A stretch of 64,000 nt of DNA, taken from positions 52,142,001 to 52,206,000 of the forward strand of contig OX597830.1 in the NCBI GenBank assembly GCA_951406725.2. The letters are read 5' to 3'. This document shows, piece by piece, positions 12,732 through 26,369 of the stretch; position 1 is the first letter of the stretch, and each line of letters begins with the position of its first letter. The position numbers and the translations under genes were made by a program. The notes under the pieces are model-generated. The model had not been told where the DNA came from. It did not search any database and saw only the letters and a list, made by a program, of their open reading frames with translations. The stretch is from Octopus vulgaris (taxonomy: Eukaryota).

Positions 12732-12845
12732 TGTGTGTGTATATATATATATAGGGAGAATTTCACAAAAAAATGCAAAAGATGAAGACAGGTGGTGTAG
12801 ACAAGAAACAGATGTATTAGTATAACACTCGGGAAGTGAAAAAGT

Positions 12846-12881
12846 CTTTAACATTTCGAGCCTACGCTCTTCCACAGAAAG
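12846..12881 (-). ncRNA. Minimal hammerhead-like motif in the pLTR, non-canonical core CUGUGGA
   Basis: Minus strand cttt-CTGTGGA-A-GAGC-gtag-GCTC-GAAA-TGTT-aaag. Confidence 0.6.
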
Positions 12882-13544
12882 GAACACAGAAAGAAACAAG
12901 GAGGTAAAATAAACTGTGTAGTGGCTAGCGATCTATCATGGCGAATGCCGGAAGGAAGGGTCACACAGGAGAGCTGGGGAGAAGGGGAGGTAATAAAGTA
13001 GTGGTGATCCCAAAACGAAGGTGCCCCTGCATGTGTATAAGAGAGCTTGTATGTGCGTGTGGAAGAGGGCTGGTGATTTTGACGTGTGCGTGTGTGTATG
13101 TGTAGGTGTGAAAATTTGAGAATGGGAAGTGGTCAGTGCTGTTGTGTGCATGGTGGTGTGTTGTGATGTGATGTATTACGTGGTACGGTGATGTAAGGTG
13201 TAGTGGTGTGTGGTGCGGTTTGATGGTGTTGGGAAGTCAGGGAAGCGAAAGTGGGGAAAGCGAGGGTGGGTGTGGGTTAGGCTGAGGGTGGTGGTAGAGT
13301 TGGGTTATGTGGGTGATCGGAGGGTGAGAGGGTATGTGGGAGTGGGTGTAAGGGTTGGGGTGGATGGGATGGGGAAAGATAGTGCAGGTTGGGGTGGAAT
13401 GTGTAGGGCTGGGGTGGGCTTACGAGGGAGGGTGACGTTGAAGAGGGGAAGGAGAAGTGAAAAGGAGAGAGAGTTTGAGTGAAGAGAAGTAGGAGTAGGA
13501 GCAAGAGAGATGTAGGTGGGAGGAAGTAGTGTCAGGGGAAGTGA

Positions 13545-13870
13545 TTAGATGAAGAGGGGAGGAAAGTTGAGCCCATTTGGCGCAAAGAAGCAGAGAGAGA
13601 AGATTAATCCCTGTTCACGGCGTAAACGGGAAACCAGATGGCTCCTGTGCAAGAACAATCCGAACACGGTCATGTGTTACAAAGAGTGACCGGTAGAGCG
13701 GAAACGGCGCAAGACCGGGGCGTCATTGCCGAGTCGGATGTCTCAGAGGGATTCCGCGAACCAGTCAGCCCAGCGGCGCCCCGTTTGCTCAATGTATAGA
13801 GAAGGGCAGAGAGAGCAGGTGATGCAGTAAATGAAATTGGTAGAAGTGCAGGTGACGGACTTGTTGATGT
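13545..13870 (-). pseudogene. GIY-YIG endonuclease fragment (Penelope/Neptune type)
   Basis: VTCTSTNFIYCITCSLCPSLYIEQTGRRWADWFAE, then after a frameshift RDIRLG...RREQGLIFSL..APNGLN. Confidence 0.88.
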
Positions 13871-14292
13871 GATAGTGTATCACGAAGACTGCATGCGTGT
13901 GACGTGTTTGTGTACTTCTTATAATGTATCCACACATGCATGCTTGTCACTTCATCTCAGCCTAATTACATCAGTATTTCGGACATCTTTGCGTCGATGT
14001 TAGAAAACTATACTCGACGCAAGGTTATAATCAATGTGTTATATACCCCCAGCTAAAGGAAGGTTATTTACATTATGACAGAAGTTAGCTCCTTCAATGT
14101 TATCGAGTGGAGGAACAAATATATAGTGTCATTAACAAGAAAAGCTGTGTATACAATAAATGATGGGTTATATTCGGACTAATTGAATATATAAATTCAT
14201 CTTTTAGAAGATTTTGGCATACACATACATACATATATACTTATATTATATTATATTACGTATATATATATACTTATATTATATTATATTAC

Positions 14293-14370
<78 letters not shown>

Positions 14371-15088
14371 GTTTGTGTGTGTGTATGTACACGCACATTT
14401 ACACTTGCATGAAACATATTTGTATGTATGCAGAATGCGTGTATATATGTATGTGTGTTTCTATATATATTATATAAACACAAACACACACACACACATA
14501 CACACACACACACACATATATATACATATATATATATACGTATACAATGCATATATATATATATTTATATATATATACAAATATATTATATTTGTATGTA
14601 TGTATGAATGTATGTGCATGTAGATTCAGTTGTATATCACGTGCAGGCATACCGTTATCTATACACATTCAAGCGCAAACTTCTTAACATATTCACACAC
14701 ACACATACACACACACACGCGCACGCATGCAGAGACGGCTAGAAAATATGAATTCCCCCTTAATGATAACAAACATGTAATCAACACACGCCAATTTAAA
14801 ATGGTGCAGAAGCAACCATTTGAAGCAATACGTCTTTCCGCGAGGCTCGACGAGGTAACGCCTCCCACATGCCTAGGGGAGGTAAGCAAGTTTATAAGTA
14901 AGACAGACAACAGTGCCTAACTAATTCCGGATTATACAATAGTCAGAGAAAGCATGAACACTAACGTGTATGGAACTGCTACACACACACATGCACACAC
15001 AAAAGTACTTTATTGTGTTTTGAATCTAAAATTATCTTTGTTGAACGTGTAATCAAACTTCGGATAACTTAAATCATCAAAGTACCAG

Positions 15089-15109
15089 TTATCATTATTA
15101 TTATTATTA

Positions 15110-15158
<49 letters not shown>

Positions 15159-15218
15159 CATCATTATTATTATCATCATCATCATCATCATCACTACTAC
15201 TACTACTAATAATAATAA

Positions 15219-15249
<31 letters not shown>

Positions 15250-15325
15250 AAGAAGAAGAAGAAGAAGAAGAAGAAGAAGAAGAAGAAGAAGAAGAAGAAG
15301 AAGAAGAAGAGAAGAAGAAGATGAA

Positions 15326-15394
<69 letters not shown>

Positions 15395-15424
15395 GGAGAA
15401 GAGGAAGATTAAGAAGAAGGAGAA

Positions 15425-15472
<48 letters not shown>

Positions 15473-15475
15473 GAT

Positions 15476-15506
<31 letters not shown>

Positions 15507-15620
15507 AAGAAGAAGAAGAAGAAGAAGAAGAAGGAGAAGGAGAAGAAGAAGAAGAAGAAGAAGAAGATTATTGTTGTTGTGTTTGTTGTTGTTGCTGCTG
15601 CTGCTGCTGCTGCTGTCCCC
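15089..15620. repeat. Compound trinucleotide array (TAT/CAT/TAC/GAA/GAT/GTT/GCT)
   Basis: Directly visible. Confidence 0.95.
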
Positions 15621-16114
15621 GTCGTCGTCACTCCTATCTTCCTCACCAATACCAGCATCATGATTCACAGAGTGAGCTTCACCACCGTCATCTCGGTCGT
15701 CGTCGTCGCCATCATCATCATCGACCTCGTCATCGTCATCATGAAAGCCGTCGTCCGCGTTTGTCGTCACCGTCGTCGCTACGTGTGCTTTTTGGCAATT
15801 AACACGTCTAAAAATGGTAGCAGACAAGTGAGGGGTAGTGAGGAGGTGGGTAGTAAGGTGGGTAGGCAGGTTGGTACGGCGATAGGTAAGCGAGTAAGTA
15901 TGGCGGTAGATTCCTAAAGTAGGTACGTAAGAATGAACTGAGAAGATGGACGTGGACTAGGAGATGGAAACGGAAGGGGCGATGTAACTGGGAAAATCTT
16001 TGATAAGGAGACAGAGAGAAGCGGATTAAGAGAACGTCAGCAGAACTGGAATTGGTCAAGACACGATACAGATTTATAGAGACAATGTTTCCAATCATTC
16101 TAATTATACAGGCA

Positions 16115-16250
16115 TAGCTGGAGCAATTTTCCTTTCATCTGGTTTATGTGAATTATCACAGTTTCTCAATAAAGAGAGGATGCGTACGTACGGAGATACA
16201 CGCCTATGTACATCTGCGGATATATGTAAATATAAATATATACGCTTGAG

Positions 16251-16317
<67 letters not shown>

Positions 16318-16395
16318 TGTGTGTACATACGTGGTATTTATTGAGAAACTCCGATAGTTTACATAAGTTAGATGAAACGGAAATTGCTCCAGCTA
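16115..16395. repeat. 59-bp inverted repeats enclosing a (TG)n tract
   Basis: TAGCTGGAGCAATTT..AGTTTCTCAATAAA (16115-16173) versus TTTATTGAGAAACT..AAATTGCTCCAGCTA (16337-16395). Confidence 0.8.
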
Positions 16396-16513
16396 AGATG
16401 AAGAAACTATATTTATATGCATATATTTAATATAATATAATATATTATATATACATATAATACACATATATATAACATATATACATAAATATTATATATA
16501 TATATATGTGTGT

Positions 16514-16568
<55 letters not shown>

Positions 16569-17181
16569 CATATGTATATAGATATGTATAAATATATGTA
16601 TGAATGCATATATCTATGTATGCATACATAGAGATAGAGATAGATATATATATATAGAGAGAGAGAGGTTGATATGTTTCTGTGCGTGTGTGTGTTGCTT
16701 GTGCATGTGTGTGTGTGCATGTGTGCGTGCGTGAGTGTCTGTTTGTGTGCGTGCGTACGCACGTGTGTGTGTGTGCTTGAATGCGTACGCACAGAAGAGG
16801 ATAGAGAATCCTGAATATGTGCATTTGTGTCGCGAGAATCTTCAAACAGCTAGATTCCCGCGAGGTTAACCATATATCAATTCACTGATGAACACACACA
16901 TACTTCTAAGTATTTACATGTAGAACGTCAGAAGCACATACATTCAGATGTCTTCGTAGATACGTGCACCTGCATATATATACCCATCTATATATTTATG
17001 TATACATATGACACACATATATAGATAGATATATACGCAAACATATTGCTAGAATTCTTAAATGTACATATAAATACAGCCATACATATACAATTATATC
17101 GTATTATATGTGTCTGTGTGCTTGTATGTGTATGTATGTCCGTGTGTTATCTATATACAAACATAATCACATCATAACATT

Positions 17182-17313
<132 letters not shown>

Positions 17314-17820
17314 TATGTCTATATACATATATATGCACATATATACACATACACACGTAATACTCACATATATAAACACGTGTGTGAGTTTGTGTGTGTT
17401 GAAGCAGGGCGGTAAATATCTTAATGTGTATCGAAATCCTTGTCATTCGTGACAGTATAATGTTGCAAGACTGAATGAAACAGACAAACAGCTGAACAAT
17501 ACAAATAATACTACACCAGAATTCGTGAGAATTACCCACAAGATGGTAACCGTTTAGTAATCTCGACAGAAAACAGTGATAAACTTGCATCAAAGAGCAG
17601 AGACGAACCTAATGTGTGAACTCGTGCAACAGACTTGATACTGAAATCTCGATTTTATTTGCGAATATTCACTTGTCCCTTATAAAAATGCTTTATGTCT
17701 TTCTTGATATTTAATTATCAGGTCATCCCATAAGTTCTTTCCGAATTTTGAATAAAGAAATCAAATGAGCAAATTTTATATTTAATTGAAATTTAATCAT
17801 CAATGTACTTTCTCTGATTA

Positions 17821-19996
17821 CACTGTGCAACACTAAAAAGAGTACAAGAGATCTGTGGCCATTTTTACATGCAAAATGACACGGGGAATCCATTTCTGGC
17901 CTTCTTTTTGTTGAATTAGGCATGGTTTCTACAGAATTGTCACTGTATACTCTTTTTGTCATTATTGTTAAATAAAATTCTCTGCCGCATTGTAAAATGG
18001 GTTTCAACCCAGGGTTAGAGACCAATCTTAGTAACACCTACAATGTGATTCAAAGCTTATGTTTAATGGGTTTTTTTATCTTTCAGATCTTATTTGTTTA
18101 CAGCAATGAGTTCAAGAGAGTGCAAAAATGATCCAAACAGATTCTCTTATATCTGTGGGGAATTGACTTTTGCTAAAAAAAGCGCAGTATGCCACGCCAT
18201 GTCAAGAAAATATACAAGGCGTATTGTGATTGTTACTTAGGAGACCATGATAAGTCATGGGCGCCTCATGTGTGTTGCCTTACATGTGTGAAGACATTGA
18301 GTGCCTGCTATGCCGGAAAAAATGTTCACATGAAGTTTGGTGTGCCAATAATTTGGTGTGAGCAGAAAGATCACTCTAATGATTGCTATTTCTGTCACCA
18401 TGACTTTACAGGCTGTACTACAGCAAAGAAGAAGAAACACATTGTTTACCCAAATTTGCAATCAGCAATGCGCCTTGTAGAGCACTGAGAAAATATACCT
18501 GCGCCCAAATCTCCAGTTCAAGAAATGCTGAGTTCCAGTAGTGCTGATGAACATTCCAGTGGTGCATGTGTGGAACCCAATAATCCAGAAAGCGAGAATA
18601 AACCAATACCATTTTCTCAAGAGACTCTAAATGACTTGTGCAGGGATCTCTATTTAACCAAAGAGAAAAGTGAATTTCTTGCAACAAGGCTTCAAGAACG
18701 TAATCTTCTTGAGAAAGGAGTGAAGATAACACTGTACAGAAAACGTACAGAGGATCTGCTTACATTATTCGCCATGATGGATGACTTATGCTTTTGTAAT
18801 GACATCACTGAACTTTTTGAGCCACTGGAAGTACCATATGATAAAACCAACCGGCCACTTTTCATAGATGCATCCAAGGACAGCATCAAAGATATTCTGC
18901 TACACAATGGTAACATTCTGCCTTCTGTTCCCATAGCTTATAGCACAACCACACAACCATGAAAGAATCATGTGAAAATCTGAAAGCAATTCTAACAAGC
19001 ATACAGTATGATGACCATACGTGGCATATTTGTGCAGATTTTAAGGTTATGGCCATGCTTACTGGCCTTCAGCTAGGCTATACTATATGTCGCTGCTTCC
19101 TGTGCCTATAGAATTCCATTGTAAGAGCTGAACATTATGTACGCAAGAATTGGCCGATCCGAGATGAAATTGAGCAAGAAAAACACATCATACACAAACC
19201 ACTTGTGAAAAGTGATAGAATTTTTTTACTACCTTTGCATATTAAACTTGGTTTGTTTAAGCAATTTGTGAAAGCCTTGGACAAGGAATCCTCGCATTTG
19301 CATATCTTACAGAAAATTTCCCTTCCGTGAGTCAAGCTAAAATTAATGAATGTTTTTTCATAGGTCCCCAAATTCGACAAATTGTACATGATGAAACCTT
19401 CATCACACATCTCAAGAGAAAAGAGAAGCTTGCCTTTGAGCCATTCAAGAAAGTTTGCGATAACTTCCTGGACAACCATCGTTAAGAAGATTATGTGCAA
19501 GTTGTGAATGATCTACTGAGTCATTATCATGATACGGGATGTAACATGTCTCTAAAAGTTCATGTGCTTCACTCTCATTTGGATTGTTTTTTGCGGAAAA
19601 TCTTGGTGATGTGAGTGATGAACATGGTGAAAGATTCCCTCAGGATATTTCAGTGATGGATCGACGATTCAAAGGAAAATGGAACCCTAGTATGTTGGCA
19701 GACTACTGCCGGGGTATAGAAAAAGAAGATTACACTCCGCACAAGAGGCTTGTATATGTTTTGTTATACCAACTAAATTTTTTTGTTTTGTTTTCTGTAA
19801 CTTTCAGTATTTGCAATGTTGTGTTCAATGCACAATATTATGCAATATATTATAAAAAATATGGCCCATGGTACAGGAAAACGGTGCCTAATCTGGAGAA
19901 ATAAAGGTCAGAATCAGAATCAGGACAATTTTTGGACCCAGAAACAAGTCTTATTTAACTCGTACTTTTCTTGAACCTCAAATTTGTTGCACATAA
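17821..19996 (+). mobile_element. Chapaev3-like DNA transposon
   Basis: Starts CACTGTGCAAC, ends GTTGCACATAA (terminal 3 nt mutated); TTA 3-bp TSD at 17818-20 and 19997-99. Confidence 0.8.
18106..19750 (+). pseudogene. Chapaev3-type transposase pseudogene
   Basis: CKNDPNRFSYICGE, GDHDKSWAPHVCC, LFIDASK..LLHNGN, WHICADFKV, PLHIKLGL, SDEHGERFPQDI; several stops and frameshifts. Confidence 0.85.
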
Positions 19997-21799
19997 TTAT
20001 CTATGACTTCCTTCCATCTGTTTACAAGCTTTTTAATTCCATCACTGTAAAACCCTTTTGGTTTCAAAGCGAAGAACTCTGAAATGTCAGTTACGACCTC
20101 CTCCAGGCTTGCGAAAGTTATGTCCCTCAAATTATTCTGTAAACTACGAAACAAACGGTAATCTGAAGGAGCAAGGTCGGGAAAATAAGGTGGATGAGGG
20201 ATTGTTCCCAACCAAGCTCTTCGATCTTCTGTAATGTGATCTTTACAGTGTGGGGTCGCGCATTGTCCTGATGAAACATCACTCTTTATCGATTCACTAA
20301 AGCGGGGTCTTTTTTTCTCCAAAGCTTGGATCAAACGCTCTAATTGCTGACAGTAGACTTGAGCATTAATTGTTGTATTAGGTGGTAACAATTCAAAGTG
20401 AATTACTCTTTTACAATCCCACCAGATAGAGAGAAGAACCTTTTTCCCATGAAGTTCTCTTCTCGGTTGTGGTTGAGCTTTTTCCCTTTTAACAAGCCAC
20501 TGTTTACAACGTTTAGCATTGCGATAGAAGATACATTTTTCGTCACCAGTCACAAGTCTATTCAAAAAGGGTGAAATGAGTTCGTAAGAATGGAGAGCAG
20601 AGCAGATGTCAACTCAGGATTTGCGCTTGCTTTCGGACAATTCATGAGGCACTCATTTTCCAAGTTTAGGAACTTTTCCAAGTTGTTGATGGACAGTTGT
20701 ATGGTTTGAACTAAGCTTTATTGCCAATTCTTCAACTGATAATGCGGGATTTTCTTCAAGTAATGCCTCAAGGAGCTTGTCATCAAACTCAACTGGACGT
20801 CCTGTTCGATCTTCATTTTAAAGGTTGAAATCTCCACTTCTGAATTTTGCAAACAATCTTCTGCAATTTCTTTCATTCAAGCATTCTTTTCCTATAAACT
20901 GAGTCTATGTTTCGAGTCGCTTCAGCTGCAGAGTTTCCTATTTTGTACTCATAAAGCATTATGTGCCTTAAATGCTCTTTGGATACTTCCATGTTAGAAA
21001 GGATTGTAATCAAATAAATTTTAATTCTATTATTCTGTAAATAATATTTAATTAGTTTAAATTTACATAAATACATGAAAATAGTTTTTAATTCCATTAG
21101 ACATTCTAAAATACTATTAAAAGGTAAAATCGGACAGAACATATGGGATGACCTGATACTTCTTACGTATGACAAGCCCTCACGAATTCAAAATCATTTA
21201 CTCGATTGTAGATGAGATACAACCCTACAGGAAACGTAGCTTCAAATGAAAAACGTAGAGTGACTTTTGTTGGAACGGTAAGTTATGAAAGTTGTTTTAG
21301 GTGATTAAAAGGTTTGCAAAGGAAAATAGCCTTATTATGACCTTGTATGCATAGGAGGGAAAATGTTTGTGTCAGTGCCAGCCAACATGATTTTTTAACT
21401 ACTTCATTTCGCCCGGCGCTTTAGCATTTCCGCCAGCTCGGCGTTTTGATCTTCCGTAATATAATAAATAAAAAGTGAGAAATATTCCCACGCGAACTAC
21501 AAATGCAGTAAAAAAAATGTCCTTGAACAGGGTGTTTTTATACATATCGTGCGAACATTTTTTTAAAGAAAACAAATTGAAAAGCCTTCTGTCATTAGCT
21601 TTGATATATATATATCCTCGAAATAATAATAATATTAATAATAATAATAAATTCATGAATAGATGTTGTTTTCACAGCGATAATGTGAAAACAACATCCA
21701 TTCATGAATTTATTTATTTATTAATTTTCTTTAAATACATATTTCACCTGTGAATTTGTGTGTGTAATCTGGGAATGCATACAATGAGCTTCTCTGCCC

Positions 21800-21873
<74 letters not shown>

Positions 21874-21899
21874 AGTATGTGTGTGTGTGTGTGTGTGTG

Positions 21900-22021
21900 T
21901 GACCGCGTGTGTATCGTTGGCGATTTTTTCCTCCGTTTTCCCTTCCTTGGATCTTTCCCTTTCCTATGTTTCTGACGAAGAGCTTCGCTGGAAACGTTAA
22001 ATCCTCCTTCTTTCTTTCCTT
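21900..22021 (+). mobile_element. Duplicate of the pLTR at 10866 with hammerhead motif 21968-22002
   Basis: gttt-CTGACGA-AGAGC-ttc-GCTG-GAAA-CGTT-aaat; one stem II substitution. Confidence 0.7.
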
Positions 22022-22027
22022 GTTTTC

Positions 22028-22483
22028 ACGTAGCTTCAAATGAAAAACGTAGAGTGACTTTTGTTGGAACGGTAAGTTATGAAAGTTGTTTTAGGTGATT
22101 AAAAGGTTTGAAAAGGAAAATAGCCTTATTATGACCTTGTATGCATGGGACTGAAAATGTTTTTAATTATTACTTACTACATATAATTCAATTGTTATTA
22201 TTATCTCTAATTTTTATTGTTAAAGTGAAAGTATCTGACATAAAATAGAGAAATGTTTTTGTTTCACTTTTAACACGTAATACTGAAATAGTGGAGAAGA
22301 TATGATATTACTATGGGCTTGCCCTAGGCAAGAAATTGAACATTGTTTTACCGATGACACTCCCTGGACCCTAAGTAAGGCATGTGCAAAATTTGAATGA
22401 AATTGGTTGTGTAGTTCTCAAGTTTTAGGGAAACACACAGACAGACAGACAGACACAAATTCTTAGTTTTATATATATAGAGA
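22028..22483 (-). mobile_element. Non-autonomous Helitron-like (Lep1-type) end
   Basis: AAATTTGAATGAAATTGGTTGTGTAGTTCTCAAG..(ACAG)n..TTTTATATATATAGA; minus strand begins TC. Confidence 0.55.
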
Positions 22484-22513
22484 TATGTATGTATATATAT
22501 ATAGAGAGATATG

Positions 22514-22586
<73 letters not shown>

Positions 22587-23119
22587 TATATATATATCAC
22601 ATATACCTTGTCATCGCTATTTATTTCACTAAGTGTGAGTAGTGTGCTTGTGTGTTTGTATGTAAAAGTATAACAATGTACAACGCTTGTGCTATTGTTT
22701 TGGATAAAATCTAACAAAACGTTATATCAATGATGATCAATATTTTAAGATATTTCTTCTGAAGTTTCAAATCTGTCGCCACATTGAGAAGAGGAGAAAA
22801 TCAATAGAGATTCGCCTGGTTTGTATGACTCTGTACATGTGTATGTATATGCGTGTGTGTTGGTGAAAGAAACAATATCTGTAGAGGTAATTGTCGTTCT
22901 GATTGACTTTTGATAATTCTTTGTGTATGTTTATTCGCGCATGCGCGTGTATGTGCCCTTTGCTTTAGACAGTTCTAGTGCGAAACCATTATTACAAAGT
23001 TCTAAGATGTGGTGATAATATGTGGCTATCGATAAGCTCGTGTGTTTTTTATGATAAAATGTTCTATAACTGTATCTATTAATCTATATGCATATGTGTG
23101 TATGTGTGTGTGTATATAT

Positions 23120-23156
<37 letters not shown>

Positions 23157-23764
23157 CATAAAAGCACACACACACACACATATATATACATATATATATA
23201 TATATATGTAAAATGTTTATTCAATTATTTCAATAGATACAATACAGCTAGGAGCAGACGTACTCAATGACGTAGGCAAAAAAATTCTACTAGCATGGAA
23301 ATTTGTTTTTCACTCGCAGAAATAACTATATTTCCTGCCCATGTAGAGCTGCAAAGAACTGTCGTAATGTTTGTCTCAATGATAAAGTTTTATTTTCGAT
23401 GAAATTAATTCTCTCTTAAAATTATGTCTGCTTTTCTTTAAGAATCTCAAATAATGGCATCATTATTTGTTTTCTTTCTCTCACTAAGAGACAAATTTCA
23501 GCACATTTAAAAGATTTTTATGTACGTTACTCCGTCCATCACTCTATGGTTGAGTTATATCGTTTAGATAATGTTTGTAGATGTATAAATACATACATAC
23601 ATACATACATACATACATACATACATACATACATACATACATACATACATACATACATACATACATACATACATACATGCATGGATGCATGCATGAATGC
23701 ATGTATGTATGTATGTATGTATGTATGTATGTATGTATGCATATATATATATACATAGATTGAT

Positions 23765-23811
<47 letters not shown>

Positions 23812-24079
23812 TAGATAGATAGATAGACAGGCACACATATACATATATATATATATATGTACGTATATATGTGTATGTATATAGATATATGTGTATATAT
23901 AATGATATAAACAATATATAAATATATGCATATATATATATACACATATCTACATACCTACATATATATGTATGTATATATATATATATGTGTGTGTGTG
24001 TGTATAGATATATGTGTATATATATAATGATATAAATATTATATAATGATATGCATATATATACACATATCTACATACC

Positions 24080-24121
<42 letters not shown>

Positions 24122-24125
<4 letters not shown>

Positions 24126-24790
24126 TATATGGGTACAGGACATCAAAAAACGTTGAACACAATGAGAAACGAAAACATAAAAGCAAAAACGAACATTTTT
24201 TTCGAACAACGAATAAAACAAGCAGAGAAACGAAATATGCAACATAAAGAATATTCCCCTTCATCAATTGTCCCTGTTTCATCTACTCCCCGGTCGAAGG
24301 CAAGGGCAATACGCGACGTTCTTGAAACAGCCCTTCCCAGAAAGCAAATTAAATAGAATTTCGGATTTTTTGCGGATGGTGAAAGTGGTATCAAGAACAG
24401 GGCAGTGAGAACAAAGTAGTAAAAACAAACGGTGAGGGCTGTTAAGCCAAGACGATAGAAACATTATTATGAACGGTAGGAAGACGAGCTTATGAGCGGA
24501 GACAGTTATAAGCACGTTTTGTCTTTATGAAGGAAATGGGCAGAAAGATAGATTATCTTTCGTCACGTGTCAGCGACCAGAGAATCAAGGAAGAAGAGTG
24601 AGAGAGAGGGAACAGTGAAGAATAGGGAACGATGGGAGAGAAAACCAGAAGGGATGAAGAACAACAGAGGGAGAGAGATAGACAGAGAAGAGATAGTAGA
24701 TATAGAAGAGTCCGCATCGTAATTATTAAGATAAAACATACCTGGAAAAGGATGCGTGGTGTTCGATCAAATAATAATATAAATAATATA
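24122..24790 (-). mobile_element. Microsatellite-associated repeat (same family as 11470-11860)
   Basis: Shared terminus; embedded in (TA)n on both sides. Confidence 0.55.
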
Positions 24791-24828
24791 TAAATATATG
24801 CATATATACATACATATATGTACATACC

Positions 24829-24918
<90 letters not shown>

Positions 24919-24943
24919 TATTATCTAATATATATAGAGAGAG

Positions 24944-25425
24944 AGAGACTGAAAGCGCTACGACTCTACTCCCTGGAGCGTAGACGGGAGAGGTATGCAG
25001 TGATATATATGTGGAAGATAGTGGATGGCTGGCACCAAACTTTGGAATTGAAAGTTATGCCAGACTTCGAAATGGACGTCACTGCACTGTTCCAAATGTC
25101 CCAGCGGTCTCATCTAAGGCAAGGATCATGTACTGCAATAGCTTGTGATTCAAGGGCCCACAGCTATTTAACTCCTTGCCAAAACATCTGAGAGATCTCC
25201 ATGGAGTGAGAGTAGATGGCTTCAAGAAACATCTTAATCTTTTGCTATCCAAGATCACAGATGAACAAATATGAAGGCAGGGAACTCAAAAGAGGGCAGC
25301 GGTGTCGAAATTCCTCCTTCACCGAAAGCCAATCTCATGGAATTGTTCAATTCAAAAGTGATTACACTGGCGGTGCTCTAGTATGGCCGCAGCCTCAAGG
25401 CTGAAGTATATAATAGAATAAAAGA
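24944..25425 (+). mobile_element. CR1-group LINE 3' fragment
   Basis: [37 protein letters not shown]; 3' stem-loop tail at 25369-25406. Confidence 0.85.
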
Positions 25426-25475
<50 letters not shown>

Positions 25476-25579
25476 GTATATGTATGTATGTGAGTGTGTA
25501 AGTATATGTATGTATGTGTGTGAGTGTGTGAGTGTGTGTGTGTGATTGTGTGTTTATATATATATATATATATATATAT

Positions 25580-25985
25580 AGGAGTGGCTATGTGGTATAT
25601 TTATATCTATCTATCTATGTGCGTATCTATTTATCTTATCTTTTATCTTTCAACCTTTACTGGTTTCAGCCGAGGGCTGAGGTCATGCTCGTGCACCACT
25701 TGTAGTGACTCGCTGTTGTTTCGGGTACTGAAAGAAGCCTGTCGTATATATGTATATATATATGTGTGTGTTTGTGTGTCTGTGTTTGTCCCCTCTAGCA
25801 TCGCTTGACAACCGATGCTGGTGTGTTTACGTCCCTGTCACATAGCGGTTCGGCAAAAAAGAGACCGATAGAATAAGTACTGGGCTTACAAAGAATAAGT
25901 CCCGGGGTCGAGTTGCTCGAATAAAGGCGGTGCTCCAGCATGGCCGCAGTCAAATGACTGAAACAAGCAAAAGAGAAAGAGAAAA
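25580..25985 (+). mobile_element. SINE family B with its middle replaced by a copy of a LINE tail
   Basis: Head GGAGTGGCTATGTGGT, then 25597-25727 duplicates 25990-26122, then CTGAAAGAAGCC body and tail. Confidence 0.8.
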
Positions 25986-26029
25986 GAGAATATTTATATT
26001 TATATCTATCTATGTGCGTATCTATTTAT

Positions 26030-26365
26030 CTTATCTTTTATCTTTCAACCTTTACTGGTTTCAGCCGAGGGCTGAGGTCATGCTCGTGCACCACTTGTAG
26101 TGACTTGCTGTTGTTTCGGGTATTGTTTTGGGTGAAGTAGCGTTTGGACGGAACTGCTCTTCTTTGTGTCTCCTGCCGCGATGTGGGTTCATCTGGTATC
26201 TCAGATAGAAACCTGTTCAAACTTTACTTGAAAACTTCCACACCAACACCATGTAGATCTCTAAAGTTGCCTGGCGGAATGTTGAACAATTGCGGGCCCT
26301 TGAAACCCAGACTATTGCAGCACTGTGTCCTTAATTTAGATGGAGATGACGGGATCTTTGTTACG
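26030..26365 (-). mobile_element. CR1-group LINE 3' fragment
   Basis: GPQLFNIPP..NRFLSEIPDEP; tail GTGGTGCACGAGCATGACCTCAGCCCTCGGCTGAAAC. Confidence 0.8.
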
Positions 26366-26369
26366 ATAC

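Larger units (their letters stand above)
12752..13870 (-). mobile_element. Penelope-like retroelement 3' part (GIY-YIG endonuclease, CA-rich UTR, pLTR)
   Basis: GIY-YIG fragment plus downstream hammerhead; ends in (TA)n. Confidence 0.88.
17718..21156 (-). mobile_element. Full-length mariner (DD34D) interrupted by a nested Chapaev3-like element
   Basis: TIRs TCAGGTCATCCCATAAGTTC / GAACATATGGGATGACCTGA with TA flanks; VTGDEK and HPPYFPDLAPSDY motifs; C-terminus VIDN|QRKYIDD* split at 17820/19997. Confidence 0.95.

Noticed and set aside
14780-14890. Possible exon ending at GAGGTAAG donor-like site
   Set aside because: No clear acceptor or recognisable peptide; needs RNA-seq.
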